A program made the translations under genes and the position numbers. From an uncultured Planctomycetota bacterium (GTDB lineage Bacteria; Planctomycetota; Planctomycetia; Pirellulales; Lacipirellulaceae): a DNA stretch of 64,000 nucleotides. Below are positions 39,236-49,831 of the stretch, one piece after another. The first letter of the stretch is position 1, and each line of letters opens with the position of its first letter. The notes beneath the pieces are model-generated. The model did not search any database and was not told where the DNA came from. It saw only the letters and a program-made list of their open reading frames with translations. Location: positions 32,001 to 96,000 of the forward strand of contig CAVRBU010000010.1 in the NCBI GenBank assembly GCA_963719315.1, given 5' to 3'.

Positions 39236-41230
39236 CTAGATCTGTCTCCGGTTGCTGCTCTCGGTGGGCGTCCGTCGGCCCGAATTCGTATTCCCAACCG
39301 ACATCGAGGTGGTCGCGCCGTCGTCAGAACGATGGTGTAAAAGGCCGTCCGCCCTGTCCGCCCCGTCCGCCAGGACGTTTTCTGCGGTGAATTCGACCTC
39401 GTCGGCGGACAGCGATCCGTCCGCCCCCGACCACTCGCTGTCCGCCCTGTCCGCCGTCGGTTCAATAATTGCCGGTAAATCCGCCACGGCGGACAGGGCG
39501 GACAGGGCGGACGGGGCGGACGGGGCGGACAGCGTTTCGGGCCTCAGTTCTGGTTCGTGCGCCAACCGCACAATGCGGCTTCGCCGCTTACCAACTCGAT
39601 CGTCCTGCACACTGATGCCCGCCTTGCGGAGATTGGGGGCCAGGCGCTTTACGGAGGTTCCCAAGGCGGACGACGATTTGGGCCACGACTTCAGGGACTT
39701 GGTCTTTTGATCCGCGCGCCGCTCGAGTTCGTCCAGCAGCTCCGTCATCGTGCCCGACCATTCAACCACTTCTTCGACAAAGTCGATGATGGACTTGCCG
39801 GCTGGCGACGACTCCAACGCCATCTCATTGCCGGCATCCAGGTTGGCGGCATACGCCGAAGTAAACCGTCCCGGTTCCCAGCCTAGCGCCGGCTCGGCGG
39901 CCGTGATCCACAGCGCAAAGTCGGCCATCCTCGGCAGGGACGGTAAGTACGTGGTGCTGAGGTTTCGCAGCGCAGTCGATACGGCCGTGAGAAGTCCTCC
40001 CAGAATCCGTGGCTGGGCCAGATTGAATTCCTTCCACATCGCGGCCTCCGAGCGACGCTCGGACTGGTCGATTCTCGGTAGGTTGATGTGCAGGCAGCGG
40101 TCGAGCAAATCGGCCCGCCTGGCGACGTCGTCGATGCCATTGATGATCACGGGCCGCTGCGCGTCGAACACGGTTTCTTCGTCGTTCTCAAACAGCGTTC
40201 GGGTTGAAAACCCACCCCCTGTGGACAAGCGACAGAGGCAGTCGCTGAACCACGGCTGCACATGGGACAGATTGTCGAGGGCGATGACGCCGCCATTATT
40301 GGCCGCGATCATTAAATCGCGCGCGTCACGCGGTTCACTGCGGAGGGGAGACGTATTGGGGTCCACCAGGGCGCGAGCCATCCGGCAGACCGTGCTCTTT
40401 CCGCTCCCGTGTTCACCCTGGACATTGAGCACTGGAAAGGGGCCGGTCGGGCGTAGCGCCGCCAGCAGCCAGCCGACCAGCAGTGTCCACTCCTCGTTCC
40501 CGATGTGCACGAATCGGCGCAGCTCATCGACGCAACCGCCGGCAACCGGAGTGGGCAAGGGCAGCATCGCTTTCGCTCGGCGGAACATGATCGGAGATTC
40601 CGAGAGGATCTGCCAGCCCGTCGCCGTGACCTCGATCACCCGCCAGGCCTCGTCTGCCAGATCGATGTAAATCTTGCCGTCCCGTCCCGCGACTCGGACG
40701 TGCACCGAGCGCTGCTCTCCTCCGAAGATGGCCTTCGCTTCCAGCACCCCCAGCGCATCCTGCATGGCTTGAGCGGCGGCCGTCTTTCCGAGGCTCAGAT
40801 AGAACAGCCGGGACAGCCATCGCCGGAAGACGCGGTTGTTGAGTCGGGAGACCTCCCAGTGCTCAGCGACGGGAAAACGAACGAACGCGTCGCCTGCCGG
40901 ATCGTGGAACAAGTCGGCGCCGCTGGCCAACTCGATCAATTGGGTCGCCTGATTTTTGCGTTCATCACGATCCGCACTTCCGAGCGCCGCGTCGGCATCC
41001 GCATCAGCCGCATCAGCCGCCTGGACGACCGCATCCTCGAACCAGGCGAAGTCGGCCCTGTCCGCACCGAATTTCGCAATGGCAGCGCCGACGAATCGGT
41101 CCCTCGAAATGGATGAGTCCGTATTGATGTTATCCCGAAACTCCACACCGTCCCGACGCGTAATGGTGACCAGTCGCTGAGGCCGGCCGTTCAATGCGGC
41201 AACGGCGATTTCAAAGTCTGCACGGCTCAT
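39236..41230 (-). CDS. P-loop ATPase, probable replicative helicase partner of the primase
   Basis: GEHGSGKS Walker A, ALDNLS, LSTGGGFSTRTL, DLLDR, PRMADF. Confidence 0.82.
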   Translation of the reverse strand: MSRADFEIAVAALNGRPQRLVTITRRDGVEFRDNINTDSSISRDRFVGAAIAKFGADRADFAWFEDAVVQAADAADADADAALGSADRDERKNQATQLIELASGADLFHDPAGDAFVRFPVAEHWEVSRLNNRVFRRWLSRLFYLSLGKTAAAQAMQDALGVLEAKAIFGGEQRSVHVRVAGRDGKIYIDLADEAWRVIEVTATGWQILSESPIMFRRAKAMLPLPTPVAGGCVDELRRFVHIGNEEWTLLVGWLLAALRPTGPFPVLNVQGEHGSGKSTVCRMARALVDPNTSPLRSEPRDARDLMIAANNGGVIALDNLSHVQPWFSDCLCRLSTGGGFSTRTLFENDEETVFDAQRPVIINGIDDVARRADLLDRCLHINLPRIDQSERRSEAAMWKEFNLAQPRILGGLLTAVSTALRNLSTTYLPSLPRMADFALWITAAEPALGWEPGRFTSAYAANLDAGNEMALESSPAGKSIIDFVEEVVEWSGTMTELLDELERRADQKTKSLKSWPKSSSALGTSVKRLAPNLRKAGISVQDDRVGKRRSRIVRLAHEPELRPETLSAPSAPSALSALSAVADLPAIIEPTADRADSEWSGADGSLSADEVEFTAENVLADGADRADGLLHHRSDDGATTSMSVGNTNSGRRTPTESSNRRQI
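39347..39530. repeat. Array of 12 GGCGGAC/GTCCGCC heptamers, iteron-like
   Basis: GTCCGCC at 39347, 39356, 39365, 39419, 39440, 39449; GGCGGAC at 39404, 39488, 39497, 39506, 39515, 39524. Period of 9 bp within clusters. Confidence 0.85.
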
Positions 41231-42168
41231 GCGTTGGCCCTCCGTCGCGCTCGACGCCGGTGTTCGATTGCATGTCGATTGGCGCGCTCAATGGCCCGTT
41301 CTGCGGGTCGGGCGGCGCGACGTTCGGTGTCGATCAATAAGGCACCTCGCCAGCCGGGCTGCCGCAGCGCATCGTCCACCTTGTGTTTGAGCTCTCGATC
41401 CGACCACGGCGGCTGGCAGCCCGCGTTCCATTCGCCGAGCAGCGCCAGTGCCTGCTCCCGCCCCAGTCCGAAGCCAATCACCATCACGCAGGCGGCATGA
41501 AACGTTTGGCCGTGTCCCCCCTGGCCACTCACGGCCGGCGGGACCTTTGACAGATACCGACGGGCGGGGTCCACGACGCGGGCCGGCACCGCGACGTTGT
41601 GTTCTGACGACGGCGCGGTCGCCGCTTCCCTTGGTAAATCCAGCGTTTGGCTCACCGCCTGAAAAAGCCTTTGAAGGCTCTATCGCAGGTAATCAGGCTC
41701 CAGCGTCGCTGGCTCGCCGTCGCGATCCCACTCGATCACTTCACCATTGGGATGAACGGATCCCGGAAACACGGTCTGACTCCCCGTGGATCGCAGTTCG
41801 ACGACCATGGTCCGATCCGGCAACCGTAACTGGAGTGTGTTGACCGGCTGCGTGACGACATACAGGTAGTGCGACCGAGGTTTTCCAGGGCGGCCGAAAA
41901 TTGCGCCCGTCTCTGGCAAGCAGCTCGGCGCGAGCGCCACCGCCAACTGGTGATCGAGATCAACGTCCACGAGCCAATGGGACGGCTCGCCCAGGAGCAC
42001 ACCGATGTTGCGCGGACCACGCCCAAAGTGCCGGCTGAGTTCGGCTTCCGTGAGTCGCAGCCGCTCCCATCCCGTGCGACCGGGGTTCTTGGACCCCAGC
42101 CGAATCGGGATGACGGACCAGCCGCGGCGTACGTAGGCGATCGCCGTTTGGAGACAGTCACGATCCAT
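41227..42168 (-). pseudogene. Bifunctional primase-polymerase with C-terminal helical domain, interrupted by an in-frame TAG at 41680-41682
   Basis: GWSVIPI...KNP, NIGVLLG, VDVDLD, SHYLY, QTVFPGSVHP. The same frame continues after the stop into AVSGQGGH...WNAGCQPPWSDREL. Confidence 0.82.
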
Positions 42169-42179
42169 CGCGTCCTCGA

Positions 42180-42479
42180 TTAGGCGGCTATCGGTGTACT
42201 CGGCTCCGGTGCCGTCACTCGTCGCACGTGAAACGCACCGGCGCCGAATTCCTGCCGGGCAAAACCCAAAAAGAGCGAATTGAAGTCGCGGCCAACCGGG
42301 TCAGACGCATCGATCACGCACGCCCGCTTTTCGGCGTCGAAGCAATGGGCCACGCCTAAGCGAGTGGCCAGTTCACCGTGGATTGCCTCGGTGGCAATCA
42401 CGGCGAGTACCAACGTGGCTTCGACTTCGAGCGGCGCGATCGCACCGTCAAATTGGTAACGATAGATGTTCTCGGACAT
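42180..42479 (-). CDS. Hypothetical protein of the replication operon
   Basis: AAGGAG RBS; MSENIYRYQF...GFARQEFGAGAFHV. Confidence 0.7.
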   Translation of the reverse strand: MSENIYRYQFDGAIAPLEVEATLVLAVIATEAIHGELATRLGVAHCFDAEKRACVIDASDPVGRDFNSLFLGFARQEFGAGAFHVRRVTAPEPSTPIAA

Positions 42480-42509
42480 ACAAGCTCCTTTCCGACCGAA
42501 AGTGGTCAT

Positions 42510-42547
42510 CTATCTGTTAACTACCCGGTTAGACCGCGAAACGTCGG
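42510..42547 (-). promoter_or_regulatory. Element-specific promoter-like motif, copy 1
   Basis: Minus strand reads CCGACGTTTCG-N7-ACCGGGTAGTTAACAGATAG; also at 44042 (+) and 56154 (-). Confidence 0.6.
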
Positions 42548-42554
42548 CGCGTTT

Positions 42555-43157
42555 TTACAAATACTCGCGCAGTCCGGCTTCCTCGAACGGCTCGCGCCAC
42601 CGCGCCAGCATGTCGTAGATCGTGGATCCCGGAACACCGAGTTCCCGTTCCGCCTCGGTGACGGTCTTGTGCTTCAACGCCTCCGCTACCCGTCGTTCGT
42701 CGGGCGTCAGATGGGCCATGACGGCCGCCACATCGTGCTGGAGATCGACCGACTCCTGCGCTGAGCGGGTTTTGAGCGCCAGGCGGGCGTCGGCTTCATA
42801 CTGGGTGATCGTGGCGGCCAGCTCGACCGGGCCTTCGTCCTTGATTTCGACCAGAACGCTGAGGGAGACATTGCGACGGCAGTCCCGCTTTTGGGCGGTT
42901 TGGTTGCGAACGATCGTGGCCGACTGCCGCTCGACCACGGCTGTGAGAAAGGCGAACAAGTGGCCTCGGTCGCCGCGATAGGCGGAGAGGTGCTTTTCGA
43001 CCTTTAGCCGAAGCTCCTGCTCGATGTCGGGTCTTTCCGACGGGCGGAATCCGGATCGGCAGATGATCTGCCGAGCCTTTTTCCGGATCAGCCGGCCAAG
43101 AAACTCTTCGCTACGGGGGTCCAGGTTGGGATTGGACGGGGCATGGGACGATTCCAT
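42555..43157 (-). CDS. Sigma-70/ECF-like HTH protein of the element
   Basis: IRKKARQ...DIEQEL...AFLTAVVER (region 2-like); LTPDERRVAEALKHKTVTEAERELGVPGSTIYD (region 4-like). Confidence 0.75.
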   Translation of the reverse strand: MESSHAPSNPNLDPRSEEFLGRLIRKKARQIICRSGFRPSERPDIEQELRLKVEKHLSAYRGDRGHLFAFLTAVVERQSATIVRNQTAQKRDCRRNVSLSVLVEIKDEGPVELAATITQYEADARLALKTRSAQESVDLQHDVAAVMAHLTPDERRVAEALKHKTVTEAERELGVPGSTIYDMLARWREPFEEAGLREYL

Positions 43158-43239
43158 TTCTGCAATTCCTTCGCATTGGTCATTCCCGCCACATCTGATG
43201 TGCGGCGTACAAACTCCGGGGAAGTTGCAGTGAGCGCGC

Positions 43240-43282
43240 AAAAAAAGCCTGTGGCGATGACGTAAGTCATTGGGCCACAGGC
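43240..43282 (-). terminator. Terminator/attenuator-like hairpin upstream of the sigma-like gene
   Basis: GCCTGTGGC...GCCACAGGC stem with inner ATGAC/GTCAT pairing and U7 on the minus strand. Confidence 0.6.
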
Positions 43283-43348
43283 CGTTGCCATCACGAAATT
43301 AATTACGTTCACTTGCAAGTAACATCTGCAAGTGCAACTGCAAATTGA

Positions 43349-44029
43349 TTAACGTCGAGCGTTACGTCGGTGCTCGGCCGCATCCAGGATAAATTCGCGG
43401 TCGGCCAACTTATCCCACAAGGCATTGAGCGCATCGGCGCCTTCGTCGCTGAAGCATCGGCTCGTTGTATAATCGGGCAGTCCGCATTCCATGCCGACAT
43501 CTACCTGCCGACAGCGTGGGAGCACGTCTGGCTCCCCGAACTTAGCCCATGTCTCGTCCGCATGATCGACGGCTTCCTGTATTTTGCGACGGACGACTTT
43601 GATCAGCCGCTGGATGTCCGCCAGGCGATCCACCCGCTTCTTTGCGGAACCCGTCCCCGGTTCAGGATCGGCCATTGCCACTGCCGCTTGAAGCCAAAGT
43701 AACCAATCCTCCTCCGGGTACATGCAAATCCCGTAGTGCGCGATTTCGCCTTCTGGGATTTGCGGATCGCCGAACAGCGCACCGTGGTATTTAAAAGAGG
43801 ACTCCCGTTCGTAGTTTAGTTTCATTCCCGGCGTACGACTCCCTCGTCCCAGCTCTGGCGCTTTCAAGCCAAGGCTAGAACACTGCCTGCTGGCCGCGAG
43901 GTCGAGCGCAAATAATTCCCGCTCTTCTTCTGGATCCAACGGCAAACTGCCGCGCGCTTCGACAAAGGCGCAAAACGCCTCCAGCGACGAAGGGGAACGC
44001 GGTTTCTGCGTCTGGTTCCGTTTGGCCAC
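43349..44029 (-). CDS. Hypothetical protein, possible C-terminal HTH
   Basis: 226-aa ORF filling the gap between the sigma-like gene and the DUF2924 module. Confidence 0.55.
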   Translation of the reverse strand: MAKRNQTQKPRSPSSLEAFCAFVEARGSLPLDPEEERELFALDLAASRQCSSLGLKAPELGRGSRTPGMKLNYERESSFKYHGALFGDPQIPEGEIAHYGICMYPEEDWLLWLQAAVAMADPEPGTGSAKKRVDRLADIQRLIKVVRRKIQEAVDHADETWAKFGEPDVLPRCRQVDVGMECGLPDYTTSRCFSDEGADALNALWDKLADREFILDAAEHRRNARR

Positions 44030-44041
44030 GGCACCATTTCT

Positions 44042-44079
44042 CCGACGTTTCGGCCACCGACCGGGTAGTTAACAAGTAG
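44042..44079 (+). promoter_or_regulatory. Element-specific promoter-like motif, copy 2
   Basis: CCGACGTTTCGGCCACCGACCGGGTAGTTAACAAGTAG. Confidence 0.6.
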
Positions 44080-44126
44080 GAGAGACATCGTTTTCGCATA
44101 TTTACGAACCCAAAGTCAACGAAGGG

Positions 44127-44333
44127 GTGGAACCAGTGAACTCCCGTTTTCTTCAATACGCAAGCGGCGACGAGCGGTTGGCCGAGGTCGCCCACATCTT
44201 TGCTGCGGCAATCTTGCGACTGCGCCAAACGGGGGCTGGTACAGGCCAAATCTTTTCTGAAACTGCTCTCAAAACTGCCCGCCAGGACCTTGAACAGTCC
44301 CGCGTTTCGAGGCTGAGTGTGTCCAGGGGTTAA
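44127..44333 (+). CDS. Small protein upstream of DUF2924 (homologue at 55861-56070)
   Basis: EVAHIFAAAILRL...LE...LSV..G mirrors EVASILAAGVLRL...LE...LSV..GG. Confidence 0.7.
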   Translation: MEPVNSRFLQYASGDERLAEVAHIFAAAILRLRQTGAGTGQIFSETALKTARQDLEQSRVSRLSVSRG

Positions 44334-44366
44334 CGGCCCGGAGACATAACGATTACGGAGAAAAAG

Positions 44367-44863
44367 ATGAGCCTGAACGTTGAGCGAGAGTTGGCGAAAC
44401 TGCAGCGAATGACGGTTGGCGAGTTGCAACAGAAGTTCATTGAGGTTTGCGGCGAAGAACCGCGGAGCCGAAACAAGCGATGGTTAGTTAAGCGGCTGAT
44501 CTGGAAGTTGCAGGCCCGCGAATACGGCGGGCTTTCGGAAGCAGCGCTGCGTCGCGCAAGGAGATCGCCGACATGTGCGACCTGAGCGATCTGCGGCTCA
44601 CGGCGCCAAAGGATTTCTTAGCGCCGAGGCCGGTCTCAACGGACGCGCCCGCAGCCCCGCTGGACAGCCGCTTACCAATGCCGGGAACGCTGCTGAGCCG
44701 GAGGTACAAAGGGCAGACGCTCAACGTCCAAGTACTGGCAGACGGGTTCCTATTCGAGGGCGAGAGGTTCAAGTCGCTTTCCGCCCTCGCCCGCAAGATC
44801 ACGGGCTCGGCCTGGAACGGGTATCTGTTCTTCGGCCTTACGAAGAAGGAGGTCGGAGCATGA
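44367..44863 (+). pseudogene. DUF2924 protein, frameshift at ~44558
   Basis: LVKRLIWKLQAREYGGLSE; PGTLLSRRYKG...FKSLSALARKITGSAWNGYLFFGL. Confidence 0.87.
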
Positions 44864-46412
44864 CGACTCGACCACGCAATGCAAGCGCCGTCGTGCGGGC
44901 GGCGGTTTACACCCGCAAGACCACGCAGGACGGCCTCGAACAAGAGTTCAACACACTCGATGCCCAACGTGAAACGGGCGAAGCCTTTATCCGCGAACAG
45001 CAAGGTTGGGTGTGCTTGCCGGACCGCTACGATGACGGTGGATTCTCCGGTGGCACGGTCGAACGCCCCGGCACTCAGGCGGCTGATGGCCGACATCGAG
45101 GCTGGCAAGATTGATGCGGTCGTTGTCTATAAGTACGACCGGTTTAGCCGGTCGTTGTTGGATTTCGCCAAGATGATGGAGGTCTTCGAGCGGCACAACG
45201 TATCGTTCGTCGCGGTGACGCAGCAGTTCAATACGGCCACGTCGATGGGGCGGTTGTACCTCAACATGCTGATGTCGTTCGCCCAGTTCGAGCGCGAGAT
45301 GATTTCGGATCGAACGAGGGACAAGATCGCCGCAACCCGCCGTAAGGGCAAGTACACGGGCGGAATGCCGCTATTGGGCTACAACGTCGTCGATTCCAAA
45401 CTGGTCATCAACGAGGCGGAGGCGGATCGTGTCCGGCAGATCTTCTCCTTCTACCTGGAACTCGGGTCGTTGCTGCCGACCGTCCAAGAACTTGCCCGTC
45501 GGGGTTGGACCACCAAGCCGTGGACCACCAAGAAGCAGATTGCTCGTGGTGGTTTACCGATCACCAAGACCCGGCTGCACCATTTGCTCACGAACGTCAC
45601 GTACGTCGGCAAGATTCGCTACAAAGACGAAGTCCATCTCGGCGAGCACGAGGGGATTGTGGACGATGCCGTATTTGATCGCGTCCAGTCGATGCTGCGG
45701 GAAAACGGCCAGTCCGGGTGCGGCGAGAAACGCAACAAACACGGCGCATTGCTTCGCGGCCTCCTCTACTGCGCCAATTGCAACTGCGGGATGTCGCACT
45801 CGTACACGAAGAAGGGGAATAGGCTCTATCGATACTACGTCTGCAACAACGCCCAGCAGAACGGCCGAGCCGCTTGTCCTGCTCCCTCCGTGCCCGCTGG
45901 CGAAATCGAGGCGTTCGTCGTCGAGGAGATCAAAGCAATCGGCCGGGACCGCGGCGCTCGTGGCCGCCACGGTGGCCGAGTCGCGGCGGCTGGTTCAGGA
46001 CGGGATCAAACGCCTCAAGGCGGAACGGGCCGCGTTAGAACGCCAGCGTCGGGCGGACGAGGCGGAACTGCGCAAGGTCGCCGCCGGTGGCGCCCAGAAC
46101 GGCGAACTGGCGCGAATGGCCGAGATCGAGGAACGCAATTTGGCGAAGGAGCGACGTATTACTGAGATCGGGGAAGAGATCGCCCGGCTGGTGGCCAACG
46201 ACGTATCCGAGGACCAAGTTGCGGCCGCGCTCGGTGAATTCGATGCGGTGTGGGGAGCGCTGACGCCGAAGGAGCAGGCGCGGGTTTTGGCGCTGCTTAT
46301 TGAGCGGGTCGATCACGATGGCAAAGATGGAAGCGTGGAGATTACCTTCCATTCGGGCGGGGTGAAGGCGTTCGCTGCCCAGGTTGCAACCCAAGAGGAG
46401 ACAGCGGCATGA
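44860..46412 (+). pseudogene. Large serine recombinase with frameshifts at ~45065 and ~45955 and Thr at the catalytic Ser position
   Basis: YTRKTT, YDDGGFSGG, DRFSRS, FAQFEREMISDRTRD, Zn ribbon CANC...YYVC, coiled coil. Confidence 0.9.
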
Positions 46413-46828
46413 AGAAAGGTATCACGGTAAAACGCCAGTTTCACTTGCGGCGGGGGAAAAGCAATCGACAACATGTGCTCACCGGTGCGAAACCGAAGGC
46501 CACCGTCGGCCGCGTACCCCGGATTTCGCGGCTCATGGCGCTGGCCATTCGGTTTGATCAACTCATTCGCGATGGGGTTGGGGCGGATCAAGCAGAGTTG
46601 GCGCGGCTGGGGCACGTCAGCCGAGCCAGGCTCTCCCAGGTGATGAATCTGCTGAATTTGGCACCCGATATCCAAGAATCTCTCCTCCATGTGTCGCCGG
46701 AATGCTGCGGGCGCAATCTGTCCGAACGGCACCTACGTCCGATCGCGGCCAAGTCCAGCTGGAAGATACAGCGACGAAAATGGACTACGCTGACCAGCAA
46801 CGAACCGATTTTGTCGGCCCAGCCGTAG
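46409..46828 (+). CDS. Recombinase-adjacent HTH-like protein
   Basis: RVPRISRLMALA...QAELARLGHVSRARLSQVMNLLNLAPDIQE; ATGA-coupled to the recombinase. Confidence 0.8.
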   Translation: MKKGITVKRQFHLRRGKSNRQHVLTGAKPKATVGRVPRISRLMALAIRFDQLIRDGVGADQAELARLGHVSRARLSQVMNLLNLAPDIQESLLHVSPECCGRNLSERHLRPIAAKSSWKIQRRKWTTLTSNEPILSAQP

Positions 46829-47069
46829 TTCGCCGTGTCGTCCACAACCAATCGGATTTCGGTTGTATCGCGACGACTCAGGTAGTTGATTCGCCCGTCT
46901 TGCCGGTCATGCAGTGATCGGAGCAATTGGTTTTAACCCCAGATCGGCTGCGCCGAGAAGCTCCTCCGCGGATGAGAAGTCGCATTTTGATTGATGATAT
47001 AAGTAAAGAAACGCTGACGCCGCAAGATGCTGACTGAGAAGCAGTTACAGCCGTTCGTGCAAGCAAACG

Positions 47070-47146
47070 AACGAATATGACACCGCTTCGTTAAAGGCGT
47101 TTCTGATTCGAGCTTCGGATCCCAGGACGGTTCGACATTTGCGCAA
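47070..47146 (+). repeat. ~76-bp non-coding direct repeat, copy 1 (copy 2 at 49756-49831)
   Basis: AACGAATATGAYACCGCTTCGTTAWAGGC...CGAGCKTCGGATCSCAGG...GTTCGACATKTGCGCAA. Confidence 0.8.
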
Positions 47147-47253
47147 CAAAGCAGGCGGGGCGCGGAGTTGGCGGCGAATGAGGCAGACTCGTCGGAGAGC
47201 CTTGCAAGTCGAGGAGCTTAGAAGCAGGGTCGATTCTTGATGTGTACAACGTG

Positions 47254-47859
47254 TTATTGGCTTGATGGCATTCGCGAGACAATTCGGTGCCTTCTCAAGA
47301 TTCCTGCCGCCATCCCAAGAAGTAACAGCTGTCCGCTGGCCGGCTCGGGGACGTCGCCAGAGCGCACGGCCCACGCGAAGTTGTTCGGATACGTCTTGGT
47401 CGACGTGATCTGCACGCCGGTGTTGAAGAAGATCTGCCACGCCTTGTCGGTGTCCGTGCTCAATTCGGTGCCAGACCAATGGTTCACCAGGTTCACACCC
47501 GTGAACGGTCCCGGGCTGGTGTTGGTGATGCCTTCGACGTGGTACAGGAAGCTCATCTCGTTATCCGTGCTGGGAGTTGTCGAGGTGTCGACGATGTCGT
47601 CGCCGTTGACATCGGCGCTGGGCAGCCGCCAGCCGGTCACGCCGCCGATGTCGAGTGACGCTGCCGCAGCGATCGAGGCGTCCCAGGTACCCGCGCCGAG
47701 AAGGGCTGCGTTGGTCGCCCAGGTGATGTCGAGATTGGGGTCGTAGTACGCCTGCCCGCCGAGACGCGATTCCAGCGGCAGGATGACGGCATGGGCGGAA
47801 CCGGCAGTGAGTGCTAAGACGAGACTGCACACGACGTACGGAAGATAGTTTCATTTCAT
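47254..47859 (-). CDS. DUF1566/Lcl-like PEP-CTERM protein; in-frame TGA at codon 3 if the RBS-linked ATG 47859 is the start, otherwise GTG 47832
   Basis: YYDPNLDITW, GWRLPS, WSGTE, AWAVRSGDVPEP + TM + RRHR. Confidence 0.82.
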
Positions 47860-48638
47860 GGCGGACCTTTCTCAGTTTCAGGTGGCCGTAACGACGAACT
47901 TCGATGCAAGCACCTAAGTCACAGAGTAGTAGCGCCAGTATGGGGGTTGGACCAAGATCGATCAACAGTTTTTAAGGATATCGGGGTGAATTTAGAAAAA
48001 GGCGCCGCCTTTTAGCCGATATCGGCGATTGCACAGACAGAAATGTTTGGTCCGCAACTTGCTGCGCCGGTGACGGAACGCAGCCTGTTGTCGCTCTTCA
48101 ATCGCGCCGGCCAAACGGTGAGAAAAGTCAAGCACCGACCGTTTAGAAACGGTTCCGATGGCGACTACGTCCGCTGCTCCGGCGACCGCGATAGACCCCT
48201 TCGCCGGGCATTTCAAAACTCGTCACTGCGTTAGCTTTTCGGGACAGATTTTCCGTTCCGGAAACTCAACTCCGCGGTCAGCCCGGTACTTGGCGGTCGT
48301 TTCCGCCCAAAAAAGGCTCCGTCAAACCAAGGGACCAGGAACTGATTCGAATCGTCATTGATCGGACCTAGCAATGCGGCTCGACGAAGTCGGTGTTTCT
48401 TCCCGCCTGCGAGCTTAAAATCGTGGACAACGTGCCATCGCGGCGCTAAAATCAGGGGCGCGTACAAATATCGCAGCCTGGGAGAGATTCGTCGCCGGTT
48501 TAGCTAACGCCAATCGATCAAACGGCAGTCGGACCTTTCCTTTACGGCGCTTCGCCGAACGAGGAGATGTCTGTCTGCCGTTTTTTTGCTACTTCGGTGA
48601 CGATCGATGTTCCAAACTTGTTGGGATAGGAGGAAACC

Positions 48639-49259
48639 ATGACGCATACAACAACAGTCACAGTCGTAGCGGTACTGTCACTCGGCCCACTCGGCTTCTC
48701 CGCCCATGCAGCTACCTTCGTTCAGTGGCCATCCAGTTCCGGCGGGAACGATCACAGATACGCAATTACCGACGAGGCCTCAGACTGGACTACTGCCGAA
48801 AGCACCGCCATTGGGCTCGGTGGTCATCTGGCAAGCATCACAAGTTCGGACGAACAGTCGTTTATCAATTCGACGTTTCTTACTGGCAACTTCGCAGCGA
48901 AGCCACTTTGGATCGGTCTGACCGATCAGGCGGCAGAAGGAACATTCGTCTGGACCACCGGTGAACCGCTAAGCTACACGAACTGGAAGATCGGTGAACC
49001 CAGCGACCAAGGCGAAGACTACGGTACAATTAATTGGGGCTTTGCGCGGGGCGATGCTGTCCCCAAGGGCCAATGGAACGACACCCCCTTGAATGGAACC
49101 TCAAATTATGGAGGCAACACCGATGGACCGTACTTTGGGATCGTAGAGGTCGTCCCGGAACCTACGTCCGCTGCGCTGGCGTTATTTGGCACAATTAGTT
49201 CCATTGCCACGTGTTTCCTTTGCAGACGTCCTAACGCTCGCCGTCGCTGGTCAAGGTAG
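48639..49259 (+). CDS. C-type lectin-domain PEP-CTERM protein
   Basis: GGHLASITSSDEQSFI, WIGLTD...EGTFVWTTGEPLSYTNW..GEP, WND, VPEP + TM; AGGAGG RBS. Confidence 0.92.
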   Translation: MTHTTTVTVVAVLSLGPLGFSAHAATFVQWPSSSGGNDHRYAITDEASDWTTAESTAIGLGGHLASITSSDEQSFINSTFLTGNFAAKPLWIGLTDQAAEGTFVWTTGEPLSYTNWKIGEPSDQGEDYGTINWGFARGDAVPKGQWNDTPLNGTSNYGGNTDGPYFGIVEVVPEPTSAALALFGTISSIATCFLCRRPNARRRWSR

Positions 49260-49343
49260 CTGGATTGGCAGAGAGCAGTGGCTTAGTCTTTGCGGATTCG
49301 TGACACGATGCTTTCTCTTGCGGCCGGAACGAGATTAAGACAC

Positions 49344-49600
49344 CGGCACTTCACGTCACGTCGGCCTCGCCGGTCAACTGCTTGGCCGTGGAACGGTCGT
49401 TGGCAATGTCGTGCGCGAAGGAGGATTTGTCGCTCCTGGGTTCTCTCCTGGCATACTGACCATCGAAGGCGATTACACGGAAATCGAAAACGAAGGCGCA
49501 CTCCTGATGTAGGTCGGCGAGTTTGTGCCCAAACCGGCGACGCTGGTGCTGCTCATGTGTGCGGTGGCGGGGGTACGTCCTTGGCGGCGCCGGAGCACAT
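49344..49600 (+). pseudogene. Degraded C-terminal relic of a beta-helix PEP-CTERM protein
   Basis: Hand translation: GRGTVVGNVVREGGFVAPGFSPGILTIEGDY...LM*VGEFVPKPATLVLLMCAVAGVRPWRRR. Confidence 0.7.
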
Positions 49601-49755
49601 TTATCGTCTCGAAACTCATCAACGCGTGACACTGTCATCAATCCACCGGTTTAGACACCCGTTTCCTGGCACACGAATTTAGTACCGAAAAACGTCTGTT
49701 CGGAGCTTTTGAGACGGATCTGATCAAAAAACGCTCCCGGCTGCGTCATCTAACC

Positions 49756-49831
49756 AACGAATATGATACCGCTTCGTTATAGGCATTTTTTGGTCCGAGC
49801 GTCGGATCGCAGGGGTTCGACATGTGCGCAA
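49756..49831 (+). repeat. ~76-bp non-coding direct repeat, copy 2
   Basis: Aligns with 47070-47146. Confidence 0.8.

Noticed and set aside
47070..49831. Integron attC sites
   Set aside because: Canonical RYYYAAC...GTTRRRY pairing is not convincing, the enclosed genes face both ways, and the tyrosine recombinase lacks the IntI-specific insertion as far as I can see.
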